Source: Eledone cirrhosa (Eukaryota). Taken from it: DNA of 64,000 nt. Within the stretch, counting starts at the first letter, position 1. Every line of letters begins with the position of its first letter. The position numbers were made by a program, and so were the translations under genes. Under the pieces are notes generated by a model, which did not search any database, was not told the origin of the DNA, and saw nothing but the letters and a program-made list of their open reading frames with translations. The DNA is taken from the NCBI GenBank assembly GCA_964016885.1, contig OZ024742.1:221526001-221590000 (forward strand), in the 5' to 3' direction. Of this stretch, positions 58,210-64,000 are shown piece after piece.

Positions 58210-60415
58210 TACTGTGGCGGTGGGGAAGCAGCGACGTATAGAGACCTAACGAGTTGGAGATATGCAGTTGCTAATCAACACGCAGGCGGCTTAATGCTTA
58301 TGTAACGTCGTTGCTAGTTTTCGGAATAGGAACTGGCCTCAGCGGGGTCTTTTGTGACTGAGTAGTCCTTTCAAGGGAGAACACGGCTCACCCAAATCTT
58401 GGGAAAGGTCTAGAAAAAGTGACCCAAACGTTGTCTGTTCGACCATCAAACTGGTCAGCTACCTACGGATGGCGGCCGTTCATACCAGCAGGAAAAACGA
58501 GAATAATAATAGTGATTTTCAAAAGAATAGAATTGCACCTAATGTTGCGACATGGAATATTAGAACACTTTATGATAGGGAATCATCCACAAATCCAGAA
58601 TGCAGAACTGCTATTGTTGGCAGAGAATAGAGCAGGCATAATATTGATATAGTTGCACTCTGTTAGTGGGGAAGGTCATCTATTAGAGAGGGGTGCTGAC
58701 TATACATTCGTTTGGAAAGGCAAACCAAATGGGGAGAAAAAGAATGAAGGAATAGGTTTTGCTGTCCGAACAGAGTTCTCAAAGCGACTGGATCAACCAC
58801 AAGGCATTAGTGATCGAATTATGCATATGAGAGTTCCTCTTTCAAGGGGATGTTTCAGGGCTGTCATTTCAGTGTGTACTCCTACCCTGAATAGTAGCCA
58901 GGAATCAATCGTCGCTGTTGACCAAGATTTACGATGGTGTATAACATCGATTCCACATTCGAAGATCTTGCTACTTAGAGATTTTAATGCACGTCTGGGA
59001 AAGGACGACCACATCTGGAGTGTTTTGGGACGTCACGGCATGGGCAAGATGAATGCCAATGGACTTCTGCTTTTGCAATTATTCACTGAGTTTGAGTTGG
59101 CCGTGTGCAAAACCTTTTTCAACAAAAGGAGATCCACAAGGCAACATGAATATATCCGAGATCCAAACATGGACACATCCTGGATTAGATCATCACCAGG
59201 AATAGAGTCTTCCAGGATATATGCTCTATAAGAGTAATGTATGGTGCAGAATGTAGTACAGCCCACAAACTTGTACGTGACAAGATGAAGGTGCAGATCA
59301 GAATAAAATTGAGGCAGCAAGGGTACAATTGCCAAAACGTATAGATGTATCCAAACTGCAAAGTTTAGGAATGCGAGATGCTCTTCAAAATGCACATCAC
59401 AACGTTTTCAGTGTTGGGGCTAATGTACTTGGTCTTAAGAAGACAAAACACTGAGGCTGGATTGATGATAATGAGGCTGCAATCGCCATATTCATTGTAA
59501 AGAAGAACAACATGAGAAGTTCTTTGTTGCAGAGGATCCAGTGACGACTACTTTTGAGAAAGCCTTCAAAGAAGCAACATTAAAACTGCAATGTAAAACT
59601 CGAAAATTGAAGAATAACTGGCGGTCTGAAGTTTCAACAGAGATGCAGGCGGTTTATAACTGCAGAGACTTTAAGGCATTGTACAATAGAATAAGACAAG
59701 TTTTGGGTTCACAGCCCTAAAAAATGGCACCATTGAAGGGCACGTCCTTATCAAAGATCCAACAGGAATCATGAGTTGATGGACTGAATACTTTAAAGAT
59801 CTGTTTGATAACCACTCTGTAGTTGATAAGGAAATTATTAATGGCCTGCCGTAAAAGAAGATTGTAACAGGGATGATGAATGATCCAACCTTTAATGAGA
59901 TAAGGTCTATTATCAAAGAGATAAACATAGGGAAAGCTCTAGATTTTAATGGTATACCTGTTAAGCTTATTCGCTTTGGAGGAGACAATGTTGCCATCGC
60001 CATTCATGGGCTAATCTTATCTGTATGGCATGGTGAGCCTGTCCCGCAAGACTGAGTAGACGCAATTTTATTCTCGATTTACAAAGGTAAGAGGTCCAAG
60101 TCTGAATGTGACGATTATCGTGGAATAAGTCTGCTCGAATCGGTAGGAAAAATCTTATCTAAGGTCTTGCTGAATCATTTAATGAAATAGATCTGCCCTG
60201 GTACCATGCCTGAGACCCAGTGTGGTTTCAAAGCTTCGTGGGGTACTATGAACATGATTTTCTCAGCCTGTCAGCTTATGGAGAAGTGTGTTGAGTAACA
60301 AGTGCCACTATACCAAGTATTTGTAGACCGTACCAAAGCCTTCGATACTGTTAATAGTAGTACACTGTGGATCAATTTGAGGGAAATTGGATGCCCTCAT
60401 GAATTTGTTGGAATG
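58210..60415 (+). mobile_element. Decayed RTE-clade LINE (APE + first half of RT), 3'-truncated
   Basis: ATWNIRTL, YTFVWKG, GIGFAV, ISDRIM, DFNARLG, NANGLLLL, YRGISLL, PETQCGF, TKAFDTVN, GCP. Many stops. Confidence 0.88.
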
Positions 60416-60899
60416 GATAGGAACAACGTGAAATAAAATGTCTTGCTCAACGATGCAATGTATCGCTTGGTCAATCAGTATAGATATTAGAAAATTGGGT
60501 AGATTATGCTGCCCACTTTTTCTGTCTCTTTGAGTAATTCACCCAATTTTCTCAACTATTATCCATAGCGATTGACTGTTATTATAGTTATTTTTTGCGT
60601 TTGGGACACTCATATTTTCAATGTTTAAATATGTATAAAAACGTTAGTAAATGTAACATGTGGGATTTTACTGTTTAGATCATTCATGTACTCAACATGT
60701 GCACACTCATAAATATACAGACACAACGACGGTTCAGTGATATTCAAATATTGTAAGCGCGTCCATTGAGAATATCGTCTATGACAAACTGCTCAGTTGA
60801 TCGCATGTGTGCGTGCTGAATTCTGGGTCTTTCCGCTGGGAACAACCCCTTGTTTTCTCCCCCCCCCCTTTTTTGTGTACATCCATCCATTCACTCATT

Positions 60900-63161
60900 C
60901 ATTTACTGCCATTCTACTTTCCTGTGTCTCCCCCTCCATGCAGCCCCTTTTCGCTCTCGTTTTCATATATATAGGTGAGCTATGCTGCCCTCTTACCAGC
61001 ACTTTCCCTTCCACGCACACACACGAGCCACCCACCCCTGATGCCGCTCGGTGCCCCAGTCCCCTGGCCCACGCCCCATCCCCCACCCATCCAAATCGAC
61101 ACCTGCAGCACTTGCGCCACCACTAACAAACGGAAGAGGGGCCGGAACTGTTTGGGGTGCGGTTGCTTCCACCACCTCACCTGCGTTGGCGTGACTCGTC
61201 GAGCTTCCAATGCCCTCGCAGCGTGGAGGTGCAGCAGCTGCCTCTTCCCCACGTCTTCCCAGCCACGGCCGTCTGGCACACCACCAGATGGGACAGCGAG
61301 CTTGCCTGACGCCCGAGCCTCGCTGGTCAACATCGCTCGGCTCAGGCGGCTCCGGAAGATCCCACTCAGGATGCCGGTAGCCGATGCCCTCGATTTAGAG
61401 CGCCCTGGACTCCAATCGAGCCAGTGACTGGGAGCGGCTGTTCTATTTCGCCCCACTCGCCCTCGGCCTCCCCAGCTCTGGCGCTGATCGGGGCAGCCGA
61501 TCAACAGCAGCCTTTGTCAAGGCCAATGTCTCGTCATTTGGGCGAGCGCCCATTCTAAGCGTGCCCAGGGACGCCACACACACCACTATCAGGTACCCCC
61601 TATCCTCCACCCCCGAGGCCAGCGCCAAGCGTTTGCGTGACCAGGTAAACGCAAAGATTATCATGGGTGATGTCTCGGCCGCAGTCAGAGTTGTTGCCTC
61701 AGAGGACACTGTCCTCCAACCCACCGAGGAGATCCTGGCTGCTCTGCGGCTCAAAGACCCTGAGCGACCCACTGATCTCAGACCAATACCCCCACCCGAC
61801 CTCCACCTGCTCCTTGTGGCTACTGATGCAGATATCATGTCCGCCATCAGGTCCTTCCCAGCTAGCAGCTGCGGAGGTGTTGATGGTCTCCGACCAGGCC
61901 ACCTCAACCCTCTCAACGTTTGGTATCTGGATGATGTTACGTTGGGCGGGCCCGTACGAACGGTCTGCCAAGACCTTCAATCGGTGATTCCTGCTCTGGT
62001 GGGAATCGGCCTCCAGGTCAACTCGGCCAAGTCGGAGGTGGTGAACGTCAGCCTCGATGCTGCGAGCTTTTCAGCCTCCGTCTTGGACGTGCGGTCTATT
62101 CTCCGCCAGGTTCAGGTAACTCCCAAAGAGGATGTCCTCAACCTCGGGTCTCCGATCCACCCGCCGGCCATCCGCTCCACCATCAGGTCCAGGCTTCAAC
62201 AGCTCCAGACTCTCACGAGCCGACTGGGCTTGATTGACGGCCACCCAGCTCTCTTTCTGCTGAGGAACTGCTTCGCCATGCCGAGGCTCCTCTATACACT
62301 CCGCAGCGCTCCATGCTACACCCAGACATCTCTCCTCGCTGACCTCGATACTTGTATCTTAGCAGCAGCCGAGGGGATGTGCAATGTCAAGTTTGACGAC
62401 ATAGGGTGGCAACAGGCCACTTTACCGGTCAGGTATGGCGGCCTAGGCCTCCGGTCCCCGATCTCACTAGCTTTGCCTGCGTATCTTTCGTCGGTAACCT
62501 CGTGCCGCGTCCTCGTCAGCAGGGTTCTTCAAAACACAACAGAACCCTCGGCCTCCATCCGCTTTCCTGTCGTCACAGTGCCGGCCGCATTCCACGCCAT
62601 ACTGCCCTCAACGAGGTCATTAAGCATGGCTTGGACGCTGCAGGCTTCCCTTCCCAGCTCGAGCCGGTGGGGCTGGATCGAGGGGACGGCAAAAGGCCAG
62701 ATGGCATGACCATCTTCCCGTTCCGCGGTGGCAAACCCCTCGTCTGGGATGCCACTTGCACCGACACTTTCTGCAGCCGCAACCTGGTGCAGTCTGCGAC
62801 TGACCCAGGTTCTGCTGCACGTCGGGCTGAGGGGGCCAAACTCCTCAAATACCGGTCGCTCTCCGACAGGTTTGCGATCGTACCCCTGGCAGTGGAGACT
62901 TCTGGTGTCCTCGGCCCCAGGGCTACCTCCTTACTCACCACCATAGGCGCTGATCTGGCCAGCCGTAGGTGTGAGCCCCGCGAGTTGGAGTGGCTTTTCC
63001 AGCGCGTCTCCCTTGCCGTCCTCCGGGGAAACGCCTTCTCCATCTGTCCGCTGGAGCTGTGGGTGGGCCCTATCGCGTACCAATACATTAGTTAAATACC
63101 ATTCTTTCATCTGATACAACACAATAAAGTTTCTATATATGTAAAAAAAAAAAAAAAAAAA
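60900..63161 (+). mobile_element. CRE-clade non-LTR retrotransposon with internal deletions: PHD finger, partial RT, RLE endonuclease, poly(A)
   Basis: CSTC..CLGC..H..C..WRCSSC; GGVDGLRPGHL joined to LNVWYLDDVTLGG; LPVRYGGLG; RH..LNEVI, GKRPDG, WDATC, PLAVETSG, QRVSLAVLRGN; AATAAA at 63123 and A-run 63143-63161. The 5' boundary is uncertain. Confidence 0.88.
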
Positions 63162-63469
63162 TTATCACTACCTTAATAGTCTTACTAGCTACTTCGAGTT
63201 AGCTTAAATGCATGTATCAAAGAAAACGATACAGTAGAAGTTGTGTGTTGTACTTTACAGTAGTTGAGAATGACAGGAAGTCAATATGCATGTACGTACA
63301 TCCTACATTGACGTATGATAACAACTTTTGTTTTTAGAATAAAACAACTTTATCCAAATTCATGGCGTCAATTACTTACGCACGTACATAATCAAATATA
63401 TATATGTGTGTATGTGTGAGTGTGTACGCGTGTGTACGCGTGTGTGCGTGTGCGTGTGTGGAATGCACT

Positions 63470-63612
63470 TATGTACATACACACATACATAAATACATAC
63501 ATACATAAATACGTACATACATAAATGCATACATACATACGTTCGTACGTACATGCGTTCGTACATATATAAATACATTCATACGTACATACATACATTC
63601 ATACGTACATAC

Positions 63613-63643
<31 letters not shown>

Positions 63644-63790
63644 CATTCGTACGTACATACGCACATACATACATACACATACATACATACATACATACAT
63701 TCGTACATACATACATACATACATACATACATACATACATACATACATACATACATACGTACATACGCACATAGATACATACATACATGG
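63470..63790. repeat. (TACA)n microsatellite
   Basis: Direct reading. Confidence 0.9.
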
Positions 63791-64000
63791 TGGCTGCCAA
63801 CTCGTTTTCGAGTACGGCCACTACTTTATATCCATGTAGGAGAACCCCTACCGATGCGCTGAACGAGTGTGACTTTTTAGTCCAGCCAGCGACTTGAAAA
63901 CTCTGGTAAAGTCGCTGAGCCTGGACTAAAAAGTACCCATGGTACCATGTGACGACAAGTGCAGAGAGATCTCCAGATATAAAGCAATGCCTGTGCCGTG

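Noticed and set aside
58210-58500. HDV-like ribozyme in the RTE 5' UTR
   Set aside because: Known in some RTEs, but I could not fold a nested double pseudoknot by eye.

Overview
Gene-free, repeat-saturated eukaryotic DNA. The SINE families and (TA)n/(CA)n load suggest a cephalopod or other mollusc (inference). No host protein-coding gene is supported. It holds decayed retroelements: several Penelope-like elements (PLEs) of about three types, two L1/Tx1 copies, RTE, two CRE-like copies, an R4/Dong 3' end and many tRNA-derived SINEs. It also holds Helitron and Tc1 fragments, hAT and Tc1/mariner MITEs, a >=9.6 kb 11-bp (33-bp higher-order) satellite running into an assembly gap, and two oppositely oriented arrays of a ~20-bp C/A-rich satellite. 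Main unannotated structure: (i) at least 8 minimal hammerhead-ribozyme motifs in PLE-type termini, one with a compensatory U3-A8 core; (ii) many fold-back palindromes, one centred just after a predicted ribozyme cleavage site; (iii) the 11-bp satellite starts exactly inside a hammerhead core; (iv) the 20-bp satellite is linked in matching orientation to Helitron Rep sequence and a Helitron 3' end; (v) RT-deleted PLE and CRE derivatives that keep their endonucleases. All calls are by eye; nothing was computed or searched.
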